Counted from the first letter of the stretch, positions 47,237 through 57,930 are shown. The stretch is 64,000 nucleotides of DNA from Synechococcus sp. (GCA_047285305.1 JBJBDL010000003.1:1696001-1760000); one strand, 5' to 3'. Made by a program: numbers and translations. The notes: a model not told the origin generated them from the letters alone.

Positions 47237-48090
47237 ATCCCCGGCCGCTCTTGATCCACAGGCAGAGGCTCTCCATTCCAGAGCAGCTGATCCTCAGCAC
47301 CAGCCGGGGGATCGAGGCGCACCTCGATCGGGGGCTGCAACTGCAAGGTCAGCGTGCCGGCGCTCGTCGCGAATTGAACCCGATCTCCCCCACCGCTTGA
47401 GAGCTGCAGCTCTGTTGGCTCTGCCAAAACAACCTCCAGCACCCCCTGGGACTGCGGCAGGGCGCCCCGCACCAGATCAAGCAACTGCTGAGGCGTGCGT
47501 TTCTGAACCTGCTCCAGGGGGCGCAGGGCCGCGATGCCTTCGTATGAACCCACGAGGTTCGGGCCACGGTTGATCGCCTCAACATCAGCACGCACGGGCT
47601 CGAGGCTGAGGCTGTTGCGCAGGGCCAGGTCCAGTTGTTGACGGTTGATGGCTAACAGGCTGATGGCGATCACAGCGGCGTAAACGACCGTTCCCTGCCA
47701 GGTAGTGAACACATCGATGTTGCCCAGGGTGAAGCGACCCAGGCCCGCTTTGGCTGGTCCGCGGCGCAGCAACACCGGCGGGGGAAGGAGGGGGTTGAGG
47801 CATCCACCGGGCAGGGCCAGGCGACGCTCGATCTGAGGAAGCATCGAAGCGAGATAGGCCCGCTCGGGCAGACGATCACTCCAGCCCCGCTCCAGGGCCT
47901 CGATCACGGGGGTGGTGATCCGGGTCTCATTGGCCAGATCACGAAGCGAGAGGCCCAGCTCCTCGCGGCGCCGTCGCAGCATCAGTCCCAGATCCTGGTG
48001 TTGCTGCTCCTGGGACTCAACCGTTGCGGAATCAGGGCTGGAGCCCTTGCGCGGACGTCGCCACCAAAGTCCTGGACGCTTCAGTCGCAT
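47170..48090 (-). CDS. RodZ-like HTH membrane protein
   Basis: LRRRREELGLSLRDLA.ETRI...IEALERG..LPERAY, central TM; start uncertain. Confidence 0.75.
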   Translation of the reverse strand: MRLKRPGLWWRRPRKGSSPDSATVESQEQQHQDLGLMLRRRREELGLSLRDLANETRITTPVIEALERGWSDRLPERAYLASMLPQIERRLALPGGCLNPLLPPPVLLRRGPAKAGLGRFTLGNIDVFTTWQGTVVYAAVIAISLLAINRQQLDLALRNSLSLEPVRADVEAINRGPNLVGSYEGIAALRPLEQVQKRTPQQLLDLVRGALPQSQGVLEVVLAEPTELQLSSGGGDRVQFATSAGTLTLQLQPPIEVRLDPPAGAEDQLLWNGEPLPVDQERPGIYRVNKLPAPESDRPQTAPLLP

Positions 48091-48833
48091 GTGCTGTTGG
48101 GCCAATCCATCGGGTCAGCCCGCTCGAGCAAGGGCTTCCATTCTCCCTCGCTCAACCAGATCCAGCACCCCTCGGCCAGATCACCGAGCGGCAAACCAGC
48201 AATGGCTGTGCGCTGCAAGTCCAGCACCGGATGTCCCAGGGCTTCCGCCATCCGGCGGATCTGTCGATTGCGCCCTTCCCGCAGCTCAATCTCCAGAAGC
48301 GAGCGGTCACCCCAAGTCCGCAACCGGCGTACCCGAGCGGGGCGGGTCAAACAACCATCCAGAGGCAGACCCCGACGCCAGCGATCGAGGACCGGCTCCG
48401 GTGGCACACCCTTCACCCACACCCGGTAGGTCTTGGCGTGGCTGTAACGCGGGTGGGTGAGTTTCAAGGTGAGCTCACCCAGATCGGTGAGCAGAAGCGC
48501 GCCATGGCTATCAGCATCCAGACGGCCAACGGGGTGAAGACCAGCCCGATGCTCCGGAGGCAGCAGGTCAAGCACCGTGCGGCGACCCTGCGGGTCATCG
48601 CAGCTGCAGATCACACCCACCGGCTTGTTCATCAGCAACACCCGCGCCACACCACGGGATGGCAACAGCTGACCATCCACATGAATCGTCTGCTGCTGCG
48701 GATCGGCCTGGTCGCCAACGCCGGCGACCTGACCATCCACCGTCACGCGGCCGGCCTGCAGCCATTCCTCAGCCCGGCGCCTGGAGCAAAGGCCGGCAGC
48801 AGCGATCAGTTTCTGCAGGCGCTGGCGCGTCAT
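48081..48833 (-). CDS. rRNA pseudouridine synthase (RsuA/RluB family)
   Basis: S4 domain RLQKLIA..G.CSRR.AE; VGRLD; EGRNRQIRRM. Confidence 0.93.
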   Translation of the reverse strand: MTRQRLQKLIAAAGLCSRRRAEEWLQAGRVTVDGQVAGVGDQADPQQQTIHVDGQLLPSRGVARVLLMNKPVGVICSCDDPQGRRTVLDLLPPEHRAGLHPVGRLDADSHGALLLTDLGELTLKLTHPRYSHAKTYRVWVKGVPPEPVLDRWRRGLPLDGCLTRPARVRRLRTWGDRSLLEIELREGRNRQIRRMAEALGHPVLDLQRTAIAGLPLGDLAEGCWIWLSEGEWKPLLERADPMDWPNSTCD

Positions 48834-49960
48834 TACAGTGGCTCCCGGGGCAGGAGCAAATCCATGCAGGCTCCACCGGCGGGATGGTTGCGGGCTTCGA
48901 TGCGGCCGCCATGGTTGACGGCGATCTGCTGCACGATGGCCAGCCCCAGGCCACTTCCGCTGCGGTTGGAGCGGGTGCGGGAGGGATCCCCCCGATAGAA
49001 GCGTTGAAACATGCGCGTGAGATCGGTCTCACTCAAGCCAGGTCCATGGTCACGAATGCTGAGCAACCACCAGCCGCCGCTCTGGCGAACGCACACGTCG
49101 ATGCTGCTCTCATCAGGGGAGTAGCGCAGGGCATTGTCGAGAAGGTTGAGCACCGCACGGTGCAAACGGCGCTGATCGCCACGCAGGGGTCCAGATTCAC
49201 TGCGGTCAAGCTGCAGCGTCACCCGCCGTTCCTCCGCGATCGGGCCAATGGACCCCCAGGCGCTGTCCACCAGATCCTCCAGGGTAAGGGGCACATGCTC
49301 GCTGTCGTCCTGAGGCAGGCTGTTCTCCAACCGCGACAGCTCCAGCAGGTCCTCCACCAGCAGCTGAAGACGCCGGAGTTCCTTCTGCAGCCGTTGCACC
49401 AAAGCCGTGTCGTCTTCCTTGACGGCCAGTTCCAGCCGATCGCTCACCAGCATCAGGGCGCTGAGGGGGGTCTTGAGCTCATGGGCCACATCACTCACCC
49501 AGCGTTCCTGTTGCTGTTGCTGGGCTTCGAGGGACTGACGGCTCTGGATCAGCACCAGCCAGCATTCGTCACTGCCCGGCAGAAGAACAGCCTCCAGGGG
49601 GGTCCCCTGTTGATCCCATTCACAACGTTGGGAACGCAGCTGATAGCGGCTGCTGAAGATCAACTCCTCCAAGACAGGAATGTCTAGGACATCCCGGAGC
49701 TTCATGCCACGAACCAGGCGATTGGAGGGGATGTGCAGCAGCCGTTCGGCCCGGTCGTTGATATATGCGATGGAGTGGTCCGGGGCCAGGATCATCCAGC
49801 CCTGGGTGGCCGCATCAATCCAGGCCAGCAGCTGGGGAGCGTTCAAGACGATGGAGCGCTCCTTGGACGTTTGCTTGGACGCCAGAACACGGCGTCGACG
49901 CTGCAGCAGAAGCATGATCCCGATGCCAGCTGCAAAGCCGAGTGCAGCAGAGATCACCAC
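48833..49960 (-). CDS. phoR: Phosphate-sensing histidine kinase PhoR/SphS
   Basis: SDVAHELKTPL, NLLDNALRYS, DHGPG, FYRGD, GSGLGLAI; paired with a PhoB-like regulator. Confidence 0.85.
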   Translation of the reverse strand: MVISAALGFAAGIGIMLLLQRRRRVLASKQTSKERSIVLNAPQLLAWIDAATQGWMILAPDHSIAYINDRAERLLHIPSNRLVRGMKLRDVLDIPVLEELIFSSRYQLRSQRCEWDQQGTPLEAVLLPGSDECWLVLIQSRQSLEAQQQQQERWVSDVAHELKTPLSALMLVSDRLELAVKEDDTALVQRLQKELRRLQLLVEDLLELSRLENSLPQDDSEHVPLTLEDLVDSAWGSIGPIAEERRVTLQLDRSESGPLRGDQRRLHRAVLNLLDNALRYSPDESSIDVCVRQSGGWWLLSIRDHGPGLSETDLTRMFQRFYRGDPSRTRSNRSGSGLGLAIVQQIAVNHGGRIEARNHPAGGACMDLLLPREPL

Positions 49961-49967
49961 AGCGCCC

Positions 49968-50732
49968 TCAGCCGAAGCGATACCCGAAACCGCGAACCGT
50001 ACGGATCAACTGAGGCGATGAGGGCTCCTGCTCAACCTTTTCCCGCAGCCAGCGGATGTGAACATCCACGGTTTTGGTATCACCGATGAAGTCGACACCC
50101 CAGATTTTCTCCAGCAACTGATCGCGACTCCAGACGCGCTTGGGGTTCTGAATGAACAGCTCGAGGATCTTGTATTCCTTGGGGGAGAGGGTCAGATCCG
50201 TGCCATCCCGGGTGACCCTGCACTCACTGGGAAACAGGCAAAGGTTGGCGTAACTAAAGGAATGCGGTTGAGAAGCCGACGTCTCCGATTGACGGGATCG
50301 CCGCAGCAAGGCCCTGCAGCGCGCCACCAGCTCGCGCAGCCCAAAGGGTTTGACCAGGTAATCGTCGGCGCCCACCTCAAGCGCCAAAACCAGATCGGTC
50401 TCACTGTCACGGGCGCTGATCACCAGGATCGGGGTGGTGTTGTTGATGCGACGGAGCTCGCGGCAAAGCTCAAGCCCCCCCAAGCCCGGGATCATCAGAT
50501 CGAGCACGATCAGATCCACCGGATCTGAAGTTTCAGCGGTGATCAGATTGAGGGCTGAAGCGCCATCGGCGCAAGTTTGCACCTCGTAGGCTTCTGCACG
50601 CAGGGCTTCTCCGACTGTTTCCCGAATGCTGTCGTCGTCTTCCACCACGAGGAGACGACAGGTGGAGACAGCCGCTGACAGGGTTGTCACATCCACAAGA
50701 GAGGCACTAACCAATTTTGCCAGGGGACGCAT
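49968..50732 (-). CDS. phoB: Response regulator PhoB/SphR (OmpR family)
   Basis: VVEDD, LDLM, GADDYLVKPF, KTVDVHIRWLREK, TVRGFGYRFG; true start may be further downstream. Confidence 0.85.
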   Translation of the reverse strand: MRPLAKLVSASLVDVTTLSAAVSTCRLLVVEDDDSIRETVGEALRAEAYEVQTCADGASALNLITAETSDPVDLIVLDLMIPGLGGLELCRELRRINNTTPILVISARDSETDLVLALEVGADDYLVKPFGLRELVARCRALLRRSRQSETSASQPHSFSYANLCLFPSECRVTRDGTDLTLSPKEYKILELFIQNPKRVWSRDQLLEKIWGVDFIGDTKTVDVHIRWLREKVEQEPSSPQLIRTVRGFGYRFG

Positions 50733-50802
50733 CCCGACAAAGCAGAAGAACTACTTCGCTTAGGGGGCCCACAACAGATGAAAAGGCCAGGCGAAACAAG
50801 GC

Positions 50803-51222
50803 TCAGAAGAATTCGTCGAAGTTATCGAAATCAACCGCTTTGAACTTGCCCGCTTCCACCTGCTGCATAAGGCGCTCCAGCTGAGAGAACAAGGCACCAC
50901 CGGTCAGCAGCGAGAGCAGCAGGGCCACCAGCAAGGCAGCGCCTGAGGCAAACCCGAAGATCTGTAGGCAGCAGCCGATAAACAGGGTCACCCCGATGAG
51001 GGTGCCGGCGTAGCTGAGGTTGATCTCGGCAGTCCCCAGGGGCATCAGGGGTAGCCGGTCCTGCTTCCAGCCATCCAATTTGTTCTGCACCTGACGGCCG
51101 AAGGTGAGGCCGCAGAGGACACCCATCAACAAACCGATGCCCGCCAGCAGGTAGGGGGGCTGGGGCAGGGTCATCATCTGGAGCAGCTGCTCAAGCTCCT
51201 GGGCGCTGATCTCCTCAGGCAT
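50803..51222 (-). CDS. Conserved hypothetical membrane protein
   Basis: PPYLL, LCGLTF, three TMs, VDFDNFDEFF. Confidence 0.75.
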   Translation of the reverse strand: MPEEISAQELEQLLQMMTLPQPPYLLAGIGLLMGVLCGLTFGRQVQNKLDGWKQDRLPLMPLGTAEINLSYAGTLIGVTLFIGCCLQIFGFASGAALLVALLLSLLTGGALFSQLERLMQQVEAGKFKAVDFDNFDEFF

Positions 51223-51293
51223 CGACGCCAATATCAAAGAGCAGAGACCTTAGCGGTGGGGTCGGCAATCTTGCTGGAGTCGTGATCTCGGGA

Positions 51294-52943
51294 TCACGCT
51301 GCGGCCAACGGGTTGAGACGCTGCAACAGCCCGCCGGCCAGACGCCCAGGGCCGAAGGTGCGTCCGAGCAGGCCGACCAGGGCACGCACGTCATCGGTGT
51401 GCAGACGATCGTCACGGATCAGCGTCATCAGCAGACGTTTGCGCAGATCAGCACCGTCTCGGCTGAGCAGCAGCCGCAGGCCTGCTCCGGCCACAGGGAT
51501 CAGTTCCTTGCCCGGAGCGGGAGCATCCTGACCCACAACATCCAGCAAACTTTCCAGCCGATCCAGGCGCAGGCGACCTGATTCATCAAAGATCACCTCC
51601 AGCAGCTTCTCGCGCATCTCGCTGGTGTCTCCCGCCAACAGACGACGGGCCACGTACGGATAGGCCACAGCGATGATCCGGAAGTTCGGATCCAGCCGTA
51701 AGGCAAGACCTTCCTGGCTGACGACGGCCCGGATGATCAAGGCGAAGCGCGCCGGCACCCGGAAGGGGTAATCGAACATCAGCTCCGAAAAGCGGTCGGT
51801 GATCGCCTTGAAGTTGAACGATCCAACCGAGTCGCCAAGGCTGCCGCCGAGCACCTCTTCAAGGGCAGGAATAATCGGTGTGAGATCGGCCGTGGGGCTG
51901 AGAAACCCGAGGGATTGGAAGTCCTTGGCCAACCCGGAGAAATCACGGTTGATCAGGTGGACCACAGCACCGGTGAGGGTGAGCCGGTCGCTGTCGCTGA
52001 TGGAATCCATCATCCCGAAGTCGACGTACCCCACATGACCGAGATCGCCGGTGCGACCCGGCAGGGCGAAGAGGTTGCCGGGGTGGGGGTCGGCGTGGAA
52101 ATAGCCGAACTCCAGGAGTTGCTGCAGGCCGCAGATCACGCCGGTGCGAATCAACGCCGTTGGGTCAAGACGCTGGGAACGCAGCTCTTCGCTGTCGCGC
52201 ATCTTGGCGCCATCGATCCATGTGGTGGTCAGCACCCGAGTGGAGCTGAGCATCCGCTCCACCTTGGGGATGTAGACCGCGTCGTTGTCCGCGAAAAGCG
52301 CCGAAAACCGCTCGGCATTGGCCGCTTCCAGGCCGTAATCGATCTCCTCGAACAGGCTGCGGCCGAACTCATCAATGATTCCGCCCAGCCCGAAACCGAG
52401 GTTGAGCGGCAGCAGCGGCGCCGTCATCACCCCCAAAGCCCGGATCAACACCAGATCCCGCCGCAGGATGAAGGTGAGATTGGGCCGCTGCACCTTCACC
52501 GCAACCCAATGCTGGCCCTGCAGACGGGCCTTGTACACCTGGCCCAGGCTGGCAGCGGCGATCGGCGTGTCGGGGAACTCCTCAAACAATTCCTCGGCCG
52601 GCGCACCGAGTTCCTCACGGATGCAAACCAGCGCGGTGGCATGGGAAAAGGCCGGCAGATCGTCCTGCAGGCGCGTTAGTTCCTCCAGCCAGTCCCGACG
52701 CACCAGATCAGGTCGGGTGGAGAGTGCCTGACCCAGCTTGATGAAGCAGGGCCCCAGACCCGTCAGGGTGTTGAGAATGCGACGCGCCAGCCCCTGCTGA
52801 ACGGCGGGGTCATTGCTGCCTCCACGCAGCAGCAGCACCAGCACCAGCCCCGCCAAGGACCACAGCACCTGAACCAGGCGCGGAATGGCGACCCAGGGAC
52901 GCAGCAGCAGCCAGCCGAGATCCCGCCCAGGGTCGTAACGCAT
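51294..52943 (-). CDS. ABC1/AarF/UbiB family kinase
   Basis: LGPCFIKLGQ.LSTRPD, AAASLGQVY, VAVKVQRP, FHADPHPGN, DFGM. Confidence 0.93.
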   Translation of the reverse strand: MRYDPGRDLGWLLLRPWVAIPRLVQVLWSLAGLVLVLLLRGGSNDPAVQQGLARRILNTLTGLGPCFIKLGQALSTRPDLVRRDWLEELTRLQDDLPAFSHATALVCIREELGAPAEELFEEFPDTPIAAASLGQVYKARLQGQHWVAVKVQRPNLTFILRRDLVLIRALGVMTAPLLPLNLGFGLGGIIDEFGRSLFEEIDYGLEAANAERFSALFADNDAVYIPKVERMLSSTRVLTTTWIDGAKMRDSEELRSQRLDPTALIRTGVICGLQQLLEFGYFHADPHPGNLFALPGRTGDLGHVGYVDFGMMDSISDSDRLTLTGAVVHLINRDFSGLAKDFQSLGFLSPTADLTPIIPALEEVLGGSLGDSVGSFNFKAITDRFSELMFDYPFRVPARFALIIRAVVSQEGLALRLDPNFRIIAVAYPYVARRLLAGDTSEMREKLLEVIFDESGRLRLDRLESLLDVVGQDAPAPGKELIPVAGAGLRLLLSRDGADLRKRLLMTLIRDDRLHTDDVRALVGLLGRTFGPGRLAGGLLQRLNPLAAA

Positions 52944-52993
52944 CGCATCGCGCTGAGTACAGAGAGAGACTTTAAGAAGATCAGGGGGATTTG

Positions 52994-54397
52994 ATGGCGC
53001 TTCTACCCCAGCTCACCCGTCGCCTCGGTCAGCCCCTGTTTCTGCCGGCCCACGGACGGGGGGCTGCCCTTCCGGATGGACTGCGTCAATTGCTGCGACG
53101 CCGCGCCGGCGTCTGGGACCTGCCGGAACTGCCAGCCCTTGGCGGTCCGCTGGAGGCGGACGGCGCCATCGCGGACAGCCAACGCTCCGCCGCGGCAGAG
53201 ATGGGGGTGGCGCGCTGCTGGTTTGGGGTGAACGGGGCCACGGGGTTGCTGCAGGCCGCACTGCTGTCCATGGTCCGGCCCGGAGAGCGGGTGCTGCTGC
53301 CACGCAACGTGCATCGCAGCCTGATTCAGGCCTGCGTTCTTGGGGACCTGCGGCCGGTGCTGTTCGATCTCCCCTTTCAAAGCGACCGGGGCCAGCCGGC
53401 ACCGGTGGATTCGGCCTGGATCGAAAGGGTTCTTCAAACCCTGCCCCGCGATGGAGCACCCATCCGTGCTGCGGTTCTGGTGCATCCCACCTACCAGGGC
53501 TATGCCAATGACCCAACGGCGGTGATTCAGCGGCTGCAGCAACAGGGCTGTTGCGTGCTGGTTGATGAAGCCCACGGCTGTCATTTCGCCGCTGGGGTGG
53601 AGCATCCCCTCCCCCCCAGCGCCCTGCACTGCGGCGCCGATCTGGTGGTGCATTCCCTGCAGAAGTCGGCTGCAGCACTGGCGCAAACGGCAGTGCTCTG
53701 GCTGCAAGGGGAGCGTCTGGATCCCATGCGCGTGGAACGCAGCCTGGGCCTGCTGCAAACCACCAGCCCCAGTGCGCTGCTGCTTGCCTCCTGCGAAGAA
53801 GCCCTTCAACACTGGCAACGACGCAAGGGACGCCGTCAGTTGCTGCAGCGTCTGCAGGAGGCTGTAGCGCTCGCCGATGGCCTGCGCCACAGCGGCGTGC
53901 CTCTGCTGAGCAACCAGGATCCGCTGCGCCTGATCCTGCACACGGGGCAGGCGGGCATCACAGGCCTGGATGCCGACGATTGGTTCCTCCCCCGCGGGTT
54001 GGTGGGCGAATTGCCGGAACCAGCCAGCCTCACCCTTTGCCTGGGGCTGGCACGCCACAGAGGGCTGGGGCGACAGATGCGAGACCACTGGCAGAACCTG
54101 CTGCGGCACTTCCCCGATCGCGCTCCCTTACCGGCGTTCGAAGCCCCACCGCTTCCGCTGGTCACCTCCACAGCCCAGTCCCCGACCCAGGCCTGGACGG
54201 CGGAGCATCAGCATGTGGCATTGAAGGATGCAGAGGGGTGCATTGCGGCGGAATTGCTCTGCCCCTACCCACCGGGCATACCCTTGCTGATTCCCGGCGA
54301 ACGCCTCGATCGCCAGCGGCAGCTCTGGCTTGAGCGCCAGCAGCTGTTCTGGGGAGACCAGATTCCAGATGGACTTGCTGTGATGAGAGGGGGTTGA
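52994..54397 (+). CDS. Orn/Lys/Arg decarboxylase family (PLP-dependent)
   Basis: VNGAT, PRNVHRS, VDEAHG, HSLQKS, TTSPS, PYPPGIP. Confidence 0.9.
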   Translation: MALLPQLTRRLGQPLFLPAHGRGAALPDGLRQLLRRRAGVWDLPELPALGGPLEADGAIADSQRSAAAEMGVARCWFGVNGATGLLQAALLSMVRPGERVLLPRNVHRSLIQACVLGDLRPVLFDLPFQSDRGQPAPVDSAWIERVLQTLPRDGAPIRAAVLVHPTYQGYANDPTAVIQRLQQQGCCVLVDEAHGCHFAAGVEHPLPPSALHCGADLVVHSLQKSAAALAQTAVLWLQGERLDPMRVERSLGLLQTTSPSALLLASCEEALQHWQRRKGRRQLLQRLQEAVALADGLRHSGVPLLSNQDPLRLILHTGQAGITGLDADDWFLPRGLVGELPEPASLTLCLGLARHRGLGRQMRDHWQNLLRHFPDRAPLPAFEAPPLPLVTSTAQSPTQAWTAEHQHVALKDAEGCIAAELLCPYPPGIPLLIPGERLDRQRQLWLERQQLFWGDQIPDGLAVMRGG

Positions 54398-54480
54398 TCT
54401 GAGACGGCAGAGGTGCCCTCAAGCCTCGAGATCACGATCAACAGCGATTGATAGTGTGAATCAGGACGCCTCCAATCAGC

Positions 54481-55347
54481 GTGATCCATGAGGGTGTCCT
54501 CGATCAGAGCCAAGCACCAGCGGCCCGAGCAGTCCTGCGCAAGCGGTTGATCAGTGGCTTGTGTGTGGGCGGCTTTGGCCTACTTGTCGTGAGCCTGGGG
54601 GGCTGGTGGTTCACAGCCGCGCTGGGCGGAATGGTGCACCTTGGCCTGCTGGAGTTCTTCCGGATGGCGCAATTCAAGGGAATTCGCCCCGCCACCAAAA
54701 CCACCCTGGTGGCCTGTCAACTGCTGCTGTTCACCACCCAGTGGGCGATTCAGGGCGGGCTACCGGCTGATGTGGCCCATGCTGTTCTGCCCCTCTCTGG
54801 AGCCGCCATCTGCGGTTGGCTGCTGCTGCAACCGGTTACGGGTTCCATTGCCGACATTGCGGCATCAATTTTCGGGTTGTTCTACCTCGGGTTTTTGCCC
54901 AGCCACTGGCTGAGTCTGCGCGGTTTGGACAACGGTCTGGAGATCACGCTGTCGGCCTGCCTGATGATCGTGGCCACCGATATTGGCTCCTGGGCCGTGG
55001 GACGGCGCTACGGGCGAAGGCCCCTCTCACCGATCTCCCCCGGGAAAACCATCGAGGGAGCGATCGGGGGATTCATCTCGGCCATGCTGATCGGCCTGAT
55101 CTGCGGCCAAGTGATGGGCTGGGCGCTGCGTGGCCTGCCGGGCCTGCTGCTGGGGGCACTGATCGCTCTGTTCGCCCTTGTAGGAGACCTGACCGAATCG
55201 ATGATGAAACGCGATGCAGGCGTGAAGGACTCCGGTGACGTGCTGCCCGGCCATGGCGGGATCCTGGACCGGATTGACAGCTATCTGTTCACCCCAGCTG
55301 TGGTCTTTTACGCGATCGCTCTGTGCAAACCGCTGTTGGCCCCATAA
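54481..55347 (+). CDS. cdsA: Phosphatidate cytidylyltransferase
   Basis: ISPGKTIEG, GDLTESMMKRDAGVKDSG..LPGHGGILDRIDS. Confidence 0.95.
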   Translation: MIHEGVLDQSQAPAARAVLRKRLISGLCVGGFGLLVVSLGGWWFTAALGGMVHLGLLEFFRMAQFKGIRPATKTTLVACQLLLFTTQWAIQGGLPADVAHAVLPLSGAAICGWLLLQPVTGSIADIAASIFGLFYLGFLPSHWLSLRGLDNGLEITLSACLMIVATDIGSWAVGRRYGRRPLSPISPGKTIEGAIGGFISAMLIGLICGQVMGWALRGLPGLLLGALIALFALVGDLTESMMKRDAGVKDSGDVLPGHGGILDRIDSYLFTPAVVFYAIALCKPLLAP

Positions 55348-55353
55348 GCAGCG

Positions 55354-55974
55354 CTAAGGGGAGACGCTGGCCTCACCTTTAAGAGCGAGCTGGCCACCCG
55401 CCAGCTGCACCTGCTCGATTCGAATGGCGGCGTCCATCGGAAGCAAGGTGCGCGGTTCATCGGAAGTCTCCGGCCGGAAGCACAACGTTCCCTGCTCCGC
55501 ATTGAGGCGGAAGCGACGGCGAACAGGGCCTTGATGGGCAGCGACGGGCACCTGCAACTCGAGCAGATCCACGTCAATGAGTATCGCCCCCAACGGGCTC
55601 AGGCCCATCAGCTGCTCAGCCATCCAGTCTCCGAGCCAACGCCAGGGTTCGGCCAGCAGAGCGCTGTTGAGCTGACGGCCATTGAAGCTCACCTCGCCCT
55701 CCACCTGGAAGGGTTGCTTCAAGGCAAGCATCTGACCGGGACTCAGCAGTTTCATGTCCACCGCAATCGGACCGCTGCGCAACTCAACATGCTGCAAGGG
55801 CAGCCCCTGGAAACAGGCATCCCTCGCCGTGAGGGTCACACCATCCAGACGTCCCCGCAGCAACGACCAGCTGGAGCCATTCAGGGCCAGTTCGAGGCTG
55901 CCGATACTGTCGCATTGGCTGCGAATCCACAGGCGCAGGGCCCCTGCCAGCACATTCAGAACGGGATCAGCCAT
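55354..55974 (-). CDS. DUF2993/LmeA-like protein
   Basis: LRLWIRSQC, LLRGRL.GV.L.A pattern. Confidence 0.7.
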   Translation of the reverse strand: MADPVLNVLAGALRLWIRSQCDSIGSLELALNGSSWSLLRGRLDGVTLTARDACFQGLPLQHVELRSGPIAVDMKLLSPGQMLALKQPFQVEGEVSFNGRQLNSALLAEPWRWLGDWMAEQLMGLSPLGAILIDVDLLELQVPVAAHQGPVRRRFRLNAEQGTLCFRPETSDEPRTLLPMDAAIRIEQVQLAGGQLALKGEASVSP

Positions 55975-56833
55975 TGGGCAACAGCGCCTGACACCGCTCA
56001 GCCACCTTGCGGGGCTGATCGATATGGGGGAGGTGGCCGCAGGAGGGGAAGGTCTCCACGGGCTGATCCAGCAAGGCCTGAAGCGCCTGCTTCTGCGGAG
56101 CACGCAGAATCCGATCGTTATCACCCCAGATCACGTGCAGTGATTGAGAGGGGAGGGGAGCCCCACATCCAGCGAAACCACCGCTGCGGGCGAAGGCTGC
56201 CAAGGCCTCCGCCCAGCCGGGGCATTGCAGGTGCAACGAGGCGATTTGCTCTTCCGGAGCACCCACATCCATATCGGGATCAGCGAATGCCTGGCGACAC
56301 AGCCCCCGCCGCACGCCAGGACGCCCAAGGAACCAGGCACCAAAACGATCCAACAAGGGCGGAACAGGCATCGGACGCCCGGTGAGACCTGCTGGAGCCA
56401 GCAGCAGCAGAGAAGCCACACGCTCGGGATGACGCCGGGCCAGCTCCACGGCCACAGACCCTCCCATTGAGGCCCCGATCAGGCCCAATGGAGCGTCCGT
56501 GGGAAGCCTCTCCAGAAGGGCATCGAGATGCCGCAACACAGCCTCTGGCCCGTAGGTCAGACCCAGGGGACGAGGCGAAAAACCAAAACCGAACAGGTCA
56601 GGGATGAACAGTTGGAAGCTATCGGCCAAGAGGGGAGCCAGGCGCCGATATTCGAGAAAACTGCTGTCGAAACCATGTAGCAACAACAACGGAGAACCCT
56701 GGCCGAGCACCGCCACCGGGAACGGATCATCTACACCCAGACCCGGCAACGTCCACCACTGCGCTTCAGCGGCCAGGGACTCGGCCTGCGGGTCAAGCAG
56801 AGCCGGCCGTAATTGATCCAGAAGCGTCTTCAA
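55967..56833 (-). CDS. Alpha/beta hydrolase
   Basis: LLHGFDSS, DLFGFG, GASMGG, WGDND, CGHLPH. Confidence 0.9.
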   Translation of the reverse strand: MKTLLDQLRPALLDPQAESLAAEAQWWTLPGLGVDDPFPVAVLGQGSPLLLLHGFDSSFLEYRRLAPLLADSFQLFIPDLFGFGFSPRPLGLTYGPEAVLRHLDALLERLPTDAPLGLIGASMGGSVAVELARRHPERVASLLLLAPAGLTGRPMPVPPLLDRFGAWFLGRPGVRRGLCRQAFADPDMDVGAPEEQIASLHLQCPGWAEALAAFARSGGFAGCGAPLPSQSLHVIWGDNDRILRAPQKQALQALLDQPVETFPSCGHLPHIDQPRKVAERCQALLPNG

Positions 56834-57930
56834 AGGTTGATGGGGCTGAGTTCGGCAGCTCCCACAAGGGCCTCCAGCAAAGCACCAGGCGTCACAGCGA
56901 AGGGCAAATGATGCAGATCGGAACCCTCGCGGCAGGCGAAGCGACACACCTCCTGCAACTCACTGAGACTGGCCTGCGCCAGACCCAGATCGTCAAGGCT
57001 GACGGGCAGACCAAGCTGCCGCAGCAACGGCAACAGCTGGCGGTGTGCCTGGCCTGCAAGCCGGTTGCCGCCCAGACGTTCCTCCAAGCGGAGCTGCACA
57101 AGAATTCCGAAGCCCACCTTCTCGCCATGAAGAACGTGGTGACAGGCCTCCAACTGGGTGAGGCCGTTGTGAACGGCATGGGCCGCAACAGTGCGGCAAC
57201 GGGCACCGCCCAGTCCTCCCATCACCCCAGCGGTGAGGGCACAGGCTTCGGCGGTGCGCACCCAGGCTTCACTCTCTGGATCCTTCAGCGCTGTGAGGCT
57301 GTCGATCAGCAATTGATCCCGCAGCACGCGTGCCATCTGCACGGCCTGCTGCACCAGACCATCACTGCTGTCGCCACTGCTCACTGAGGCTTCGTACCAC
57401 TTGGCCAGGGCATCAGCGACACCACTGGCCAGTGTGCGGGGTGGGGCTTGGCGTACCAGGCCGTGATCGAAGACAAGAAGATCGGGGCAGCGATCGAGGG
57501 CCACATCCCCTTCGAAAGCACCCTGAGGGGAATAGATGTTGGAAAGAGCCGTCCAGCCAGCACAGGTGGAGGCGCTCAGTGGAACGGTGATGCAGGGAAG
57601 GGAAAGGCGATGGGCCAGCAACTTGCCGGCGTCCAGCACTTTTCCGCCCCCGGCGGCCAGAACGGCGTCACATCCCTGGGCTTCAGCAGCCACCCTCTGG
57701 AGATCCAGCTCACAGCAGTCGAACTGAAGCTGAGCCTGGAGGGGTTTGAGCCCCTGAGCCAGGAGATCCGACATCAAACTCTGACGCTGATCAGCAGTGG
57801 AAGCACTGCGACCCAGCACTAGCGGACGTGAGCAGAGAAATTTGATCTGAGGCAAGGCCTCATCCCAGGCTCCATACCCCCGCAAGATGCTGGCGGGGGC
57901 AATGGAGTGGGACGAGATGGATCGACCCAT
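56830..57930 (-). CDS. gldA: Glycerol dehydrogenase-like iron-containing alcohol dehydrogenase
   Basis: GGGKVLDAGK, ASTCA, DALAKWYE, AHAVHNGLT, HGEKV. Confidence 0.9.
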   Translation of the reverse strand: MGRSISSHSIAPASILRGYGAWDEALPQIKFLCSRPLVLGRSASTADQRQSLMSDLLAQGLKPLQAQLQFDCCELDLQRVAAEAQGCDAVLAAGGGKVLDAGKLLAHRLSLPCITVPLSASTCAGWTALSNIYSPQGAFEGDVALDRCPDLLVFDHGLVRQAPPRTLASGVADALAKWYEASVSSGDSSDGLVQQAVQMARVLRDQLLIDSLTALKDPESEAWVRTAEACALTAGVMGGLGGARCRTVAAHAVHNGLTQLEACHHVLHGEKVGFGILVQLRLEERLGGNRLAGQAHRQLLPLLRQLGLPVSLDDLGLAQASLSELQEVCRFACREGSDLHHLPFAVTPGALLEALVGAAELSPINL

